A stretch of 64,000 bases of DNA from Anaerolineae bacterium (GTDB taxonomy: Bacteria > Chloroflexota > Anaerolineae > B4-G1 > SLSP01), in the NCBI GenBank assembly GCA_049974845.1, contig JBNGCP010000006.1:22386-86385 (forward strand), written 5' to 3'. The notes beneath the pieces were generated by a model. It ran no database searches, was not told where the DNA came from, and saw only the letters and a program-made list of their open reading frames with translations. Shown here in pieces: positions 9,632 through 20,642 of this stretch. Numbering within the stretch: position 1 is the first letter of the stretch; every line of letters begins with the position of its first letter. The translations under genes were made by a program, and so were the position numbers.

Positions 9632-10660
9632 ATGAAGCGATGGCGTGGTCTTCTCCTCTTTGTGCTGGGGTTGATCCTTACAACGTTGGTGTGGCATCCT
9701 GTCGCCGCTGCGCCCTTGGCGGACACGACATACATCGTGCAGCCCGGCGATACGCTGACGCGCATTGCAGGGCGTTACGGGATTCCGGTGAGCCAGCTGG
9801 CTGCAGCCAATGGCCTGGGAGGGAACGCCTGGGTCTACGCAGGCCAGCGCCTGACCATTCCGACGAGTGCGCCTCTCAACCCCGCGCCAGCGCCCAGCGG
9901 CACGACCTATGTGGTCCAGCGGGGCGATACACTGATGAGCATTGCGGCCCGCTACGGTGTCAGCGTCAGCGAGCTGGCAAATATAAACGGCCTCCATTGG
10001 AACTCCTGGGTCTATGTCGGCCAGCGACTGACCATCCCAGGCGGGGCACCCGCTCCCGCACCCAGCCCCAATCCGGACCCACCTGCGACGAGCGATGGCT
10101 ACTACGTGGTCAAGGCCGGCAACACGCTCTTCAGCATCGCGCGCTGGTATGGAACCACCGTTAATGCGTTGCGCGTCGCGAATGGCCTGACATCGAACAC
10201 GATCTACGTGGGACAGCGGCTGAGGATTCCCGGAGGCGGCGATGGCACCGGCGACCCGCCGGCGCCCAGTCCACCCCCCGAACCCCGTCCGGGTCCCGGC
10301 ACCGGCGGCGAGAAATGGATCGACATCAACCTGAGCGCCCAACGCGTGACGGCCTACCAGGGCCAGACGGCGGTCTACTCAGCATTGGCCTCCACGGGGA
10401 CGTGGCGAACGCCGACGGTCGTGGGTACATTCCACGTCTACGCCAAATACCGGTACACACCGATGAGCGGGCCGGGATACTATCTCCCCAACGTCCCCCA
10501 TACAATGTACTTCTACCGCGGGTACGCGATCCACGGCGCGTACTGGCACAACAACTTCGGAACGCCGATGAGCCACGGCTGCGTAAATCTCTCGTTGCCC
10601 GATGCAGAGTGGTTCTATAACTGGTCCCCCATGGGGATCAAGGTCGTGAGTCACTACTGA
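9632..10660 (+). CDS. LysM-repeat L,D-transpeptidase (YkuD domain)
   Basis: It has three LysM repeats (YIVQPGDTLTRIAGRYG..., YVVQRGDTLMSIAARYG..., YVVKAGNTLFSIARWYG...) and a YkuD catalytic motif (HGCVNLS). It starts at ATG 9632 after an AAAGGAG RBS. Confidence 0.85.
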   Translation: MKRWRGLLLFVLGLILTTLVWHPVAAAPLADTTYIVQPGDTLTRIAGRYGIPVSQLAAANGLGGNAWVYAGQRLTIPTSAPLNPAPAPSGTTYVVQRGDTLMSIAARYGVSVSELANINGLHWNSWVYVGQRLTIPGGAPAPAPSPNPDPPATSDGYYVVKAGNTLFSIARWYGTTVNALRVANGLTSNTIYVGQRLRIPGGGDGTGDPPAPSPPPEPRPGPGTGGEKWIDINLSAQRVTAYQGQTAVYSALASTGTWRTPTVVGTFHVYAKYRYTPMSGPGYYLPNVPHTMYFYRGYAIHGAYWHNNFGTPMSHGCVNLSLPDAEWFYNWSPMGIKVVSHY

Positions 10661-10795
10661 TCGTCAGCCGGTTCAGGCCAACAACGCACCGGCGGGAGCG
10701 ACAGCGCTCCCGCCGGTGCGTTGTTGGAACTTTTTCGTCCTCTGATGCGTCATAAGAGTGAGTATGTTGAAGATCATTGACTTCGGAGGAGAGAA

Positions 10796-11263
10796 ATGTT
10801 GAAGCATAAATTGGCCTTCAGTCTGTTCTTAGGGTTGGGATTGGTCAGCCTATTGATACTTAGCGCGTGTCGCCCTTCTGACTTGGTAGATGGGGCGCCG
10901 CTGCCACCGGCGCCGACCGATGACGTACAGCCAGGCGGACAGGCCTTCATCGAGTCGTTGGATCTGATGATCCTGGAGTCCTTCCCGGTTCAGGTCAGGG
11001 CTCACATCACAGGGCATCTCTCGGACGGGTGCACAGAGATCGAGGCGATCCAGGTTGTGCGTGACGAGGACGCAAAGGCCTACACCATCACAATCGAGAC
11101 GTCGCGCGATCCCGAGGCGATGTGCACGCAAGCCCTGGTCCCCTTTGAGGAGACGGTGAATCTCGACGTTCAGGGCATGCCGGCAGGGACCTACACCGTT
11201 GTCGCCGACGATCAGACCGCTACATTCGAGCTTGCGGTAGACAACGTCATGCCGGAGGAATAG
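10796..11263 (+). CDS. Hypothetical lipoprotein
   Basis: It has a signal peptide with a lipobox (LLILSAC) and no recognisable domain. Confidence 0.5.
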   Translation: MLKHKLAFSLFLGLGLVSLLILSACRPSDLVDGAPLPPAPTDDVQPGGQAFIESLDLMILESFPVQVRAHITGHLSDGCTEIEAIQVVRDEDAKAYTITIETSRDPEAMCTQALVPFEETVNLDVQGMPAGTYTVVADDQTATFELAVDNVMPEE

Positions 11264-11370
11264 GCAGCAGACGCGACATCACAGAATTGCCTACGCGGCC
11301 CCGGGCGTTGCGTTTTGCGGGTCAAGCGAGACTAACACGCAGCTGCGGATCTCCATAGCACGTCGCTTTA

Positions 11371-13053
11371 GTGCGCTATGAAGTCCGCAGCTGCATTACT
11401 CTGGTCGACAGCGAATCCCCTTGGCGTCACTCTGATCCCCTGTACACTTGCGGTGTGAGAGGAGACATCCGCAGGTTACGCCTGATATCGATTGGCTTCC
11501 TCGTGCTGTTCACCTTCCTCGCGAGGTGCCAACCAGCAGCGCTGCCTCATAGCCCGCCAACTGCGACGCCGGGCCGTCTCATCCCCCTCTCCACCCTCGT
11601 ACCCGTCTCTCCTTCAGCGACCCGACTCCTGCCCGCCGCACCTACCGCAGTCCCCAGCGCGACGCCACCGCCGCAAGCCCCTACCCCCAAACCGTTGCTC
11701 GACATCTCTGACGCTGCAATCTCCAGAGTCTCGGTGGTGCCTGAGGTGAGAATGGAGATCGCGCTCGATGTCGCCCAACGACACATGCACGTGATCCAGC
11801 ACGTCCTGTTGGCCAACGGCAGCCGAGACCGCTGGCAGGAGATTGTCTTCGCCGTGCAGCCTGCACACGTGCCGGGGGTATTTGAGCTGACGGAGGCCCG
11901 AGTGACCACGCGCCGGCATCGTGGTGAGGCCACGACCACCCTGGATGGGATAATGCTTCACGTCGGGCTGCCGGCGCCGTTGTCGCCAGGTGAGCCGGTC
12001 TCGTTGACCCTGAGCTACGCGATGCACGTGCCCGCCATTGAACCGACCACCTGGCTGCCTGAGGGCAATCTAGGCGCCGGTGACCGAGTGTACCAGGCCG
12101 GGGATTGGCACCCGACGCTCGTGCCCTACCGCGACGGAGAGGGATGGGCGCAGTGGACGTATCATCGGGTCGGCGATCCTACGTGTTATCCGATAGCGAA
12201 CTATGACGTGCGCATCACGGCCCCCGCGGGGGTCGTGATCGCAGCCCCCGGTCGAGCCTCGCAGGAGGGCACGAAGCGACGATATCAGCTCGACCGGGCC
12301 CGATGCTTTGCGTTTCTCGCGAGTCCAGACTACGTGCGAATCGACGACAGCGTCGACGGCATCCCACTACAAGCGTACTATCTGCCCGAAAGTGCGGAGA
12401 GCGCACGCGCCCTCCTCGAGGTCACGACACAAGCCATCCGACTTTACAGCCGCCTCTATGGCCCTTATCCGACCGATGGACTCGTCATCGCGCAGAATGC
12501 CTATCGCGGCTCAATGGAATACACCGGCTTGATCAGTATGAGCGATCAGGCCTACGCAAGCCATGACGGGAGTCCGCGCTCACAGCTCGTGAGCTTGACG
12601 GCACACGAGGTCGCCCACCAGTGGTGGTATGGAGCGGTAGGAAACGATCAGGTTCACGAACCCTGGCTTGATGAGTCGCTGGCGAAGTATAGCGAGCTGC
12701 TGTTCTACGAGCGCTACCATCCAGAGCCGACCGATTGGTGGTGGGATACGCAAATCCACCGCTTCGAGCCTGAGGGGGCGCTCGATCGCGCCATCTATGA
12801 CTTCGACGACACGCTGACGTACATCCGACAGCTCTACGGCCTTGGCGCGCTCTTCATGCAAGATCTGCGTGAACTGATGGGCGACGAAGCCTTCTTCGAG
12901 TTCCTCAGGGACTATCGCCGATCCGGTGAGGGGCGACTGGTCAACGGCAACGTCTTCTTCACCACGCTCGATGCCCACGTCACCGGGGACGCCTCACCCA
13001 TCATCACACGCTACTTCAACACGCACCCCGGTGATCTCGAGACTCATCCCTAG
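11371..13053 (+). CDS. M1-family zinc metallopeptidase (aminopeptidase N-like)
   Basis: It has an HEVAHQWWY...19...E gluzincin motif (HExxH-x18-E) and a lipoprotein-like N-terminus. The start is uncertain. Confidence 0.8.
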   Translation: MRYEVRSCITLVDSESPWRHSDPLYTCGVRGDIRRLRLISIGFLVLFTFLARCQPAALPHSPPTATPGRLIPLSTLVPVSPSATRLLPAAPTAVPSATPPPQAPTPKPLLDISDAAISRVSVVPEVRMEIALDVAQRHMHVIQHVLLANGSRDRWQEIVFAVQPAHVPGVFELTEARVTTRRHRGEATTTLDGIMLHVGLPAPLSPGEPVSLTLSYAMHVPAIEPTTWLPEGNLGAGDRVYQAGDWHPTLVPYRDGEGWAQWTYHRVGDPTCYPIANYDVRITAPAGVVIAAPGRASQEGTKRRYQLDRARCFAFLASPDYVRIDDSVDGIPLQAYYLPESAESARALLEVTTQAIRLYSRLYGPYPTDGLVIAQNAYRGSMEYTGLISMSDQAYASHDGSPRSQLVSLTAHEVAHQWWYGAVGNDQVHEPWLDESLAKYSELLFYERYHPEPTDWWWDTQIHRFEPEGALDRAIYDFDDTLTYIRQLYGLGALFMQDLRELMGDEAFFEFLRDYRRSGEGRLVNGNVFFTTLDAHVTGDASPIITRYFNTHPGDLETHP

Positions 13054-13214
13054 GTTCACCCTAGACTGCCGCGTTTGTCAAAACAGTCAGACCTCTATAA
13101 TAAGGGACACGAAGCTGAAATCTGCGCAGTAGTCTATGGTTCCCCTTGTGCGTTCGGAGCGGTAGACCCTGCCAGAACCCTGCTGTTCACCTACAAAGGC
13201 GGCAAGATACAGAC

Positions 13215-14261
13215 ATGCTGGAGATCGATGGCGCATACGGCGAAGGCGGCGGGCAGATTTTGCGCTCGACGCTCACACTGTCGATCGTCACGGGCAAGGC
13301 CGTCCGCCTCTTCGACATCCGGGCCAATCGCTCGAAGCCGGGGCTCCGTCCGCAACACCTCACGGCAGTTCGTGCGGCGGCAGAGATATGTGAGGCCCGC
13401 CTAAGGGGCGATGAGCCTGACAGCCAATCCCTGACCTTCGAACCACAGGTCGCGGCGCGCTCGGGCACCTACCTCTTCGACGTGACCGATGCTGCCACCG
13501 GGGGCTCGGCGGGCGCGACGACCCTCGTCCTTCAAACGATACTGCTCCCCCTGGCGCTGGCTCCCGGCGCATCCGAGGTCAATCTCATCGGTGGCACAAC
13601 GGTGCCTTGGAGTCCGCCAGCGATCTACCTTGAGAAGGTCTATCTCCCAACGCTCTTTGAGATGGGCGTGCGGGCGAAGCTGGACCACCGCATCTGGGGC
13701 TACTATCCCCGGGGCGGTGGTGAGATGGTGACGGAGATCCGCGGCGATACCCACTTACGCGGCTACGATCTGACCGACCGCGGCAGCCTCCTGCGCGTAG
13801 AAGGGCTTGCTTTTGCATCTGGGTTGCCCTCACATATCCCACAGCGCATGGTGAATCGTGCGCGCTCCATCCTGAGCGATGCCGGTCTTGAGACGCACCT
13901 CAGGCCAGAACACGTTCCCTCTCCGGGCGTCGGAACCGGCCTCTTCTTGTGTGCACGCTATGAACGCGCGCAGGCAGGCTTTCTGTCGCTGGGCCGGCGA
14001 GGGCTCCCGTCAGAGGAGGTCGCCGAGATTGGGTGCCAAGCCCTCCTCGAACATCACCGAAGCGGGGCGGCTGCCGATCCATACCTCGGCGATCAGCTCG
14101 TGCTGCCCTTTGTCTTGGCGGATGGATCGTCGCAGGCCACCCTCTCCCGCGTGACACGCCACCTGCTGACGAATGTGTGGGTCGCCCGGCAGTTCGGATT
14201 TGAGGGTGTGACGGTCGAGGGAGAGATCGGGGACCCCGGGCGACTGCAGGTCACTGCGTGA
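13215..14261 (+). CDS. rtcA: RNA 3'-terminal phosphate cyclase
   Basis: MLEIDGAYGEGGGQILRSTLTLSIVTGKAVRLFDIRANRSKPGLRPQHL matches the RtcA N-terminus. Confidence 0.85.
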   Translation: MLEIDGAYGEGGGQILRSTLTLSIVTGKAVRLFDIRANRSKPGLRPQHLTAVRAAAEICEARLRGDEPDSQSLTFEPQVAARSGTYLFDVTDAATGGSAGATTLVLQTILLPLALAPGASEVNLIGGTTVPWSPPAIYLEKVYLPTLFEMGVRAKLDHRIWGYYPRGGGEMVTEIRGDTHLRGYDLTDRGSLLRVEGLAFASGLPSHIPQRMVNRARSILSDAGLETHLRPEHVPSPGVGTGLFLCARYERAQAGFLSLGRRGLPSEEVAEIGCQALLEHHRSGAAADPYLGDQLVLPFVLADGSSQATLSRVTRHLLTNVWVARQFGFEGVTVEGEIGDPGRLQVTA

Positions 14262-14372
14262 TGCCATACCCGGGCTACGACACCGGAGATGAGGTCTCAG
14301 GCACACGTGCAGAGCACACGCGCCTTTCTGAGTCAACCACCTTTCCCTATAGTCTAGAGTTGGAGCGACACA

Positions 14373-15368
14373 ATGCTTGAGGTCGTCTTTCTTGGGACAT
14401 CCGCATCCGCGCCGACTATCCAACGGGGACTCCCGGCGCAGATGGTGCTCTTCCGCGACGAACGTTTCCTGATCGACTGCGGCGAGGGCACACAACGCCA
14501 GATCCTGCGCAGCGGGCTGGGCTTCCGTAGGCTCAATCGGGTACTGGTCACCCATGGTCATCTCGATCACATTCTCGGCCTTGGGGGCCTCGTCTCCACC
14601 TTTGCGCGTTGGGAAGCCGTCGATGCTCTGGAGATCTACGGCGGACGACGGTCGCTCGACAGGGTCCACGACCTGATCTTCGGCGTCGTTCTGCGCGGAG
14701 CCCCTCCGCCCGTCTCCGTGGAGTTAGTCGATGTTGAGCCCGGCATCCTCCTTGAGAGCAGCGATTTCGAGGTCCGCGCCTTTGAGGTCCAGCACCGCGG
14801 GTCGGGATCTGTTGGATATCGGTTCTCCGAGAAGCCACGCCGACCGTTTCTGCCCAAGCGGGCCGAGGCGTTGGGCGTGCCTGCGGGCCCGATCCGTCGT
14901 GATCTGGTCCACGGACAGACGGTGACATTGACCGATGGGCGGGTCATCCGCCCCGATGACGTGCTCGGACCGCCCCGGCCCGGCCTCTCTATCGCGTTCA
15001 CGGGCGATATAGGTCGGGTGGACAACGTGGTTTCTGCTGTGGAGGGGGCGGACATTCTGGTCACCGAAGCGACGTATCTGGATGAGGATCGCAAGCTGGC
15101 GCGGCGTTTTGGGCATATCACTGCCAGGGAAGCCGCATGGCTTGCTCACGCCGCGGGGGTGCGCATGCTCGTGCTCAACCATCTCTCACAACGTTACCGC
15201 ATCCGGGCCATCCTTGACGAAGCTGAAGAGCTCTTCGAGCCGGTGGTCGTGGCGCGGGATTTCGACCGGTTCGCCGTGACCCGCGAGAAGATCACTCTCA
15301 CGAACCGACAGCTTGAGGAGGATACGGAGCTACTGGAGGAAGATATGCTGAACGAGCGTGAGCTCTAG
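14373..15368 (+). CDS. rnz: Ribonuclease Z (metallo-beta-lactamase fold)
   Basis: The HxHxDH motif (VLVTHGHLDHILGLG) and overall length fit RNase Z. Confidence 0.8.
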   Translation: MLEVVFLGTSASAPTIQRGLPAQMVLFRDERFLIDCGEGTQRQILRSGLGFRRLNRVLVTHGHLDHILGLGGLVSTFARWEAVDALEIYGGRRSLDRVHDLIFGVVLRGAPPPVSVELVDVEPGILLESSDFEVRAFEVQHRGSGSVGYRFSEKPRRPFLPKRAEALGVPAGPIRRDLVHGQTVTLTDGRVIRPDDVLGPPRPGLSIAFTGDIGRVDNVVSAVEGADILVTEATYLDEDRKLARRFGHITAREAAWLAHAAGVRMLVLNHLSQRYRIRAILDEAEELFEPVVVARDFDRFAVTREKITLTNRQLEEDTELLEEDMLNEREL

Positions 15369-15608
15369 GCGCAGAAGCGCGGAGCTGATCTCGATCAAGC
15401 AGAGTTACCGGATAAGCGCGGGCAGTCCACGCAGCACGCCACCGGTCCACTAGGGTAGGAAACGAGAGTTTGTCCTCCGGCGCTCGTTCCGAACGACGTG
15501 AGCGGTTGGACAACACCCGAGCGTCTGCTACAATATCGCAGGCCCCATCGTTTTTCCTAAGCTGAGGACGAAGCCGTCCAACACATAATCATCAAGGAGG
15601 AGTCTAAG

Positions 15609-16700
15609 ATGAAACGGCGAGTGCTTTTGTGGATCACCCTAATCCTCGTTGCATCAATTGCGCTGACGGCATGTGACGCAGGCCCTCAAGCCTCTGCAGG
15701 GCCATTCAAGGTGGCTTTTGTCTACATCGGCCCCCCTGGTGACCTTGGATGGACGTATGAGCACGATCGCGGTCGCCAAGTGGTCGAGGAGGCGTTCGGC
15801 GACGACATTGAGACCACCTACATTGAGAATGTGGAAGAAGGCCCCGATGCCGCGCGTGTGATTCGGCAGTACGCGCAAGAGGGCTACGACATGGTCTTCG
15901 CCACGTCATTTGGCTATATGGATCCCATGTATGAGGTCGCCGAGGAGTTTCCGGACGTGCTGTTCGAGCATTGTTCGGGCTTCAAGACCCGGGAAAACAT
16001 GGCGACCTACTTCGGCAGGATCTACCAGCCGCGCTATCTCGCAGGCCTCGTTGCCGGCAACATGACCGAAGCCAATAGCATAGGGTACGTGGCAGCTTTC
16101 CCGATCCCCGAGGTCATTCGAGGAATTGACGCCTTCACGTTGGGCGTTCGCGACGCCAATCCAGACGCCGAGGTCCGCGTGGTCTGGACCAACACCTGGT
16201 ATGATCCGGTTATCGAGCGTGAGGCAGCCATCGCCCTCCTCGACGCCGGGGTCGACATCATCACGCAGCATCAGGATACGACAGAGCCGCAAAAGGCAGC
16301 CCAGGAGCGCGGCGCGTTGAGCATCGGCTACGACTCCGATATGCGCAACTTCGTCGGCGATACGGTGCTGACCAGCCCGATCTGGAATTGGGGAACCTAT
16401 TACGTCGACACCATCGGCGCCGCGATGAGTGGCGATTGGGAGACCCACGAGTTCTGGGGCGGCCTGGAGGATGAGGTCGTCAAGCTGGCTGACTTCAGCC
16501 CGAAAGTACCTCAGGATGTCCGCGACCTCGTCGCTTCGGCGCGTGAGGACATCATCGGCGGCGATGACGTCTTCTGTGGGCCTATCACCGCTCAAGATGG
16601 CAGCACACTGGTGGCGGCCGGCGAGTGCATGAGCGACGCGGATATGCTCAACCTCAACGTCTTTGTCGAAGGTGTGGTGGGTACCATCCCGGAGCAGTAG
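15609..16700 (+). CDS. BMP-family ABC transporter substrate-binding lipoprotein (nucleoside-type)
   Basis: It has a lipobox (LTACD) and a BMP/PnrA-like sequence (AFVYIGPPGDLGWTYEHDRG). It is the first gene of a four-gene ABC operon. Confidence 0.8.
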   Translation: MKRRVLLWITLILVASIALTACDAGPQASAGPFKVAFVYIGPPGDLGWTYEHDRGRQVVEEAFGDDIETTYIENVEEGPDAARVIRQYAQEGYDMVFATSFGYMDPMYEVAEEFPDVLFEHCSGFKTRENMATYFGRIYQPRYLAGLVAGNMTEANSIGYVAAFPIPEVIRGIDAFTLGVRDANPDAEVRVVWTNTWYDPVIEREAAIALLDAGVDIITQHQDTTEPQKAAQERGALSIGYDSDMRNFVGDTVLTSPIWNWGTYYVDTIGAAMSGDWETHEFWGGLEDEVVKLADFSPKVPQDVRDLVASAREDIIGGDDVFCGPITAQDGSTLVAAGECMSDADMLNLNVFVEGVVGTIPEQ

Positions 16701-16716
16701 ACCGGAAACGATACGG

Positions 16717-16751
16717 GAGCGGAACCGTGCGTACTCAACCCGGTTCCGCTC
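16717..16751 (+). terminator. Intra-operon hairpin (gagcggaaccg...cggttccgctc) followed by a T-rich tract
   Basis: An 11-bp perfect inverted repeat lies 17 nt after the solute-binding-protein stop and is followed by tctggtttcc. It may be an attenuator between the binding-protein and ATPase genes. Confidence 0.45.
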
Positions 16752-16882
16752 TCTGGTTTCCACAACTCAAACAGGGGGCATCAAGCCTAACCCAGGGCAG
16801 GTTCTGAAGGCTCGCCTTGGGTCTTGAGCATAAGGTGCTCGGGCACAGGCACAGTCACGCTGCTATGGACAATGGTAGAGCG

Positions 16883-18448
16883 ATGAACAAGAGCCAAGCC
16901 GTGCTTCGGATGCACAACATCACGAAGCGGTTTCCCGGTGTCGTGGCCAACGATGGCGTGGACCTTGAGCTCTATCCGGGCGAAGTTCTCGCCCTGCTGG
17001 GCGAAAACGGAGCGGGCAAGACCACGCTGATGAACATCTTGGTCGGGCTCTACCGCCCTGACCTCGGCGAGACCATCGTCCGCGGGGAACGGGTGGAGAT
17101 GCACTCGCCTCGTGATGCGGCGGCGTTGGGTATCGGCATGGTGCATCAGAACTTCATGCTGGTGCCCACGATGACCGTCGCCCAGAACATCGTTCTGGGC
17201 ATGAAGGACCTTCCGTTTGTGCCAAATATGCGCGAGGTCGAGCGAGAGATCCGCGAGCTCTCCGAGCGCTATCATCTCCAGGTAGATCCCCGAGCCTATG
17301 TCTGGCAGCTAAGCGTTGGCGAGCAGCAGCGTGTCGAGATCCTTAAGCTCCTCTACCGCGGCGCCGACGTGTTCATCCTCGACGAACCCACAGCCGTCCT
17401 GACACCGCAGGAAGCAGAGGAACTGGGTCGGGTGCTCGAGCTTATGCAAGCCGAGGGTAAATCCACCATCTTCATCACCCACAAGATGGGCGAGGTGATC
17501 AAGTTCTCCGACCGGGTTTGCGTGCTCCGCCAGGGGAAGGTCGTAGCCGTGATGCGCACGGAGCAGACGAACCCCCGCGAGTTAGCACGTCTGATGGTCG
17601 GCCGAGAGGTATTGTTCCGCCTGGACAAGAAAGAGGCGAAGCCCGGGGAAGACGTGCTGGTCCTGCGCAATGTTCACGCCGATAACGACAAGGGGCTCCC
17701 GGCTCTGCGCGGCGTCTCCTTCACCATCCGCCAGGGCGAGATCCTTGGGATCGCCGGCGTCGCAGGAAACGGTCAGCGGGAACTGGCGGAGGTCGTGACA
17801 GGGCTGCGCGAGGTCAAGAAGGGTGAGATTCTGATCCATCATCGAGACCTCACCAACTGCACACCGCTGGACGCCATCAAGTCGGGCGTCAGCCACATCC
17901 CGGCGGATCGTATGGGCATGGGAACTGTCGGTGACATGGCCGTCGCCGACAACATCGCGATGAAGGGCTACCGGTTCCCACCGTTGGGCACGCGGGGGTT
18001 GATCAACCGGCAGCGCATTCTCGACTTCGCGCGCTCTATGATCCAGATCTTTCAGATCTCCACGCCGACACCCAGCACTTACGTGAAGTTCCTCTCTGGC
18101 GGGAATATCCAGAAAACCATCCTGGCTCGCGAGATCGACGCATGCGCGGGGCTGTTGGTGGCCGTCTATCCCTCACGGGGCCTGGACGTCGGAGCCACCG
18201 AGGCCGTTCGCCGGCGGTTGCTGGAGCAGCGCGACGGGGGGCGTGCCGTCCTGCTGATCTCAGAGGATCTCGACGAGTTGCGCACCATCGCGGACCGCAT
18301 CCTCGTCCTGTATGAGGGACGCGTGATGGGTATCTTGCCGGCTGAGACAGCCGAGACCGAGACGCTGGGCATGATGATGGCCGGTGCCGAGGCAGACGAG
18401 ATTACCGCCGACTGTGTCGGGGACGCCGATCAACCGGTCGCGAGCTGA
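16883..18448 (+). CDS. ABC transporter ATP-binding protein, duplicated ATPase domains
   Basis: It has two Walker A/ABC signature sets (GENGAGKTTL, LSVGEQQRV, LSGGNIQK). Possible starts are ATG 16865 or 16883; the track start at 16817 is a TTG. Confidence 0.85.
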   Translation: MNKSQAVLRMHNITKRFPGVVANDGVDLELYPGEVLALLGENGAGKTTLMNILVGLYRPDLGETIVRGERVEMHSPRDAAALGIGMVHQNFMLVPTMTVAQNIVLGMKDLPFVPNMREVEREIRELSERYHLQVDPRAYVWQLSVGEQQRVEILKLLYRGADVFILDEPTAVLTPQEAEELGRVLELMQAEGKSTIFITHKMGEVIKFSDRVCVLRQGKVVAVMRTEQTNPRELARLMVGREVLFRLDKKEAKPGEDVLVLRNVHADNDKGLPALRGVSFTIRQGEILGIAGVAGNGQRELAEVVTGLREVKKGEILIHHRDLTNCTPLDAIKSGVSHIPADRMGMGTVGDMAVADNIAMKGYRFPPLGTRGLINRQRILDFARSMIQIFQISTPTPSTYVKFLSGGNIQKTILAREIDACAGLLVAVYPSRGLDVGATEAVRRRLLEQRDGGRAVLLISEDLDELRTIADRILVLYEGRVMGILPAETAETETLGMMMAGAEADEITADCVGDADQPVAS

Positions 18449-18471
18449 GGGCATCGAGGAGTCCTGGACCT

Positions 18472-19593
18472 ATGAGGCTGATTCTTAAGAAGCGAGAGTC
18501 CATCTCCCGGCGCGCCGCCATTCTCGTGCCAGTCATCTCTTTCATCGTCTCCCTGCTCTTCGGCGCTGTCCTCCTGGCATTGTCGGGCGCCAATCCCTTT
18601 GTGACCTACGCCGCGATGTTTAGTGGGGCCTTTGGCTCGGTCCACGGTTTGAGTGAGGTCCTGGTCAAGTGCATTCCCCTCATCCTCACCGGTTTGGGCG
18701 TCGCCCTTGCCTTCCGCATGCGTTTTTGGAATATTGGCGCTGAGGGACAGTTGACGATGGGTGCAATAGCCGCCGCTGGTGTCGCGCTCTTCTGGTCGCA
18801 GAACTTGCCCGTCTGGACGCTTCTCCCTCTCTCGGTGCTTGCCGGATGCGTGGCAGGGGCGCTGTGGGCCGGCATCCCGGCCATCCTCAAAGCCGCCCTA
18901 AACGTCGATGAGACACTGACGACGCTGATGTTGAACTACGTCGCCGTCCTCTACTCCGAGCACCTCTACTACATAGCTTGGCGGGCTCCAAACTACAACT
19001 CAGGGACCGAGCGTATTCCTGAGGCCGCGTGGCTACCACGGATCGTAGGGCGCGCGCACGCCGGGCTCTTCTTTGGGCTCGTGCTGGCGTTGCTACTCTG
19101 GGCCGTTCTCCGGTACACACGCTGGGGTTTCGAGCTCAAGATCATCGGCTCCAATCCCAACGCGGCTCGATACCTCGGCATCAACATCGCCCGGAACATC
19201 GTGGTCACGCTGCTGATCTCCGGCGCCATCAGTGGGCTCGCGGGGGCCGTGGAGGTGCTGGGGCTGGCGCGCCGCCTTCAGCAGGGGATCTCCGTAGGCT
19301 ATGGATACACGGCGATCATTATCGCCTGGATGGCGCAGCTGAATCCCTTTGGGGTAATCCTCGTCGCATTCCTTATGGCGGCGCTCTTGGTCGGCGGCGA
19401 CCAGATCCAGATACGGATGCGCCTGCCGGCCTCGGTGGGCGTCGTGCTCCAAGGCATGTTGCTTCTTCCAATGTTGGCGGGCGGGCTCTTCAAGGAATAT
19501 GCGCTGCAGCTCAAACTCCCTGGAGCGGTTCCGAAGACCGCGGAAACTGAAGAAGGAGAGACCGGTGAGGCCGTGGAGGGGGCAGCGCTATGA
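18472..19593 (+). CDS. ABC transporter permease (BMP-family system)
   Basis: It is a 373-aa polytopic membrane protein. The 4-nt overlap with the next permease gene suggests translational coupling. Confidence 0.8.
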   Translation: MRLILKKRESISRRAAILVPVISFIVSLLFGAVLLALSGANPFVTYAAMFSGAFGSVHGLSEVLVKCIPLILTGLGVALAFRMRFWNIGAEGQLTMGAIAAAGVALFWSQNLPVWTLLPLSVLAGCVAGALWAGIPAILKAALNVDETLTTLMLNYVAVLYSEHLYYIAWRAPNYNSGTERIPEAAWLPRIVGRAHAGLFFGLVLALLLWAVLRYTRWGFELKIIGSNPNAARYLGINIARNIVVTLLISGAISGLAGAVEVLGLARRLQQGISVGYGYTAIIIAWMAQLNPFGVILVAFLMAALLVGGDQIQIRMRLPASVGVVLQGMLLLPMLAGGLFKEYALQLKLPGAVPKTAETEEGETGEAVEGAAL

Positions 19594-20552
19594 ATAGCAT
19601 CTTCGCGCTCCTTACTTCGATCCTCACCATCACCCTGCGGGCCGGCACCTCCTTGATCTACGCGACGATCGGCGAGACGTATACCGAGCGCTCCGGGATT
19701 CTCAATCTGGGCGTCGAGGGCATGATGCTGCTGAGCGCAGTCAGCGCCTTCGCCACCGCTTACTACACCCACAGCGTCTGGCTGGGATTGCTCGTGGCGA
19801 TGGCGGCCGGAGCGCTCCTCGCCGCGATCCACGCTTTTCTGACCGTCACTATGCGGGCGAATCAGGTCGTGAGCGGCCTCAGTATCACCCTCTTCGGCAC
19901 GGGGCTGGCAAGCTTTCTCGGCGAGCGGCTGGGACCGGCATCGAACAACCACAGCCTGGTGGGTCTGGTGGGCCCCCGCTTCTCACCGATAGAACTTCAG
20001 GTGATGAGCGAGGTGCCGGTGTTAGGCGCGCTGTTTGAGCAGGATCTGCTTTCCTATTTTCTCATTCTATTGGTGCCCGCTGCCTGGTACTATCTCTACA
20101 GGACGCGGGAGGGGCTGAACCTCCGCGCCGTCGGTGAGAGCCCGCAGACCGCCGATGCGATGGGCATCAACGTGATCCGCACACGCTACCTGTACACGAT
20201 TTTGGGCGGCACGCTGGTGGGCTTCGGGGGCGCGCATTTGTCATTGGCCTATACGCCCGGTTGGGCAGAGAATATCACCGGGGGCCGCGGCTGGATCGTC
20301 ATCGCGCTGGTGATCTTCGCGATGTGGAATCCCGCTCGGGCGGTCTTGGGAGCGGTGCTCTTCGGAGGGATCAACGCCGTGCAGTTCCGCCTCCAGGCTG
20401 GCGGCACGACGATACCCTCTGCGTATCTGAATATGCTGCCGTATCTGGCGACGATACTGGTGCTCATTGTGATGACGTGGTGGGAGACGCTGAGCCACCG
20501 CATCGGTGCGCCAGCCGCCTTGGGCACATCGTACATGCGCGAGGAGAAATGA
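19590..20552 (+). CDS. ABC transporter permease (BMP-family system)
   Basis: It is a 320-aa polytopic membrane protein and the second permease of the operon. Confidence 0.8.
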   Translation: MNSIFALLTSILTITLRAGTSLIYATIGETYTERSGILNLGVEGMMLLSAVSAFATAYYTHSVWLGLLVAMAAGALLAAIHAFLTVTMRANQVVSGLSITLFGTGLASFLGERLGPASNNHSLVGLVGPRFSPIELQVMSEVPVLGALFEQDLLSYFLILLVPAAWYYLYRTREGLNLRAVGESPQTADAMGINVIRTRYLYTILGGTLVGFGGAHLSLAYTPGWAENITGGRGWIVIALVIFAMWNPARAVLGAVLFGGINAVQFRLQAGGTTIPSAYLNMLPYLATILVLIVMTWWETLSHRIGAPAALGTSYMREEK

Positions 20553-20642
20553 CCTGGAGTAGGCTGGTCAAAACAGGCAGGAGCTATGAACGAAACACAT
20601 AATCGGATACCCTCGCACTGGCGCCCTTAGGCGACGTCCCGC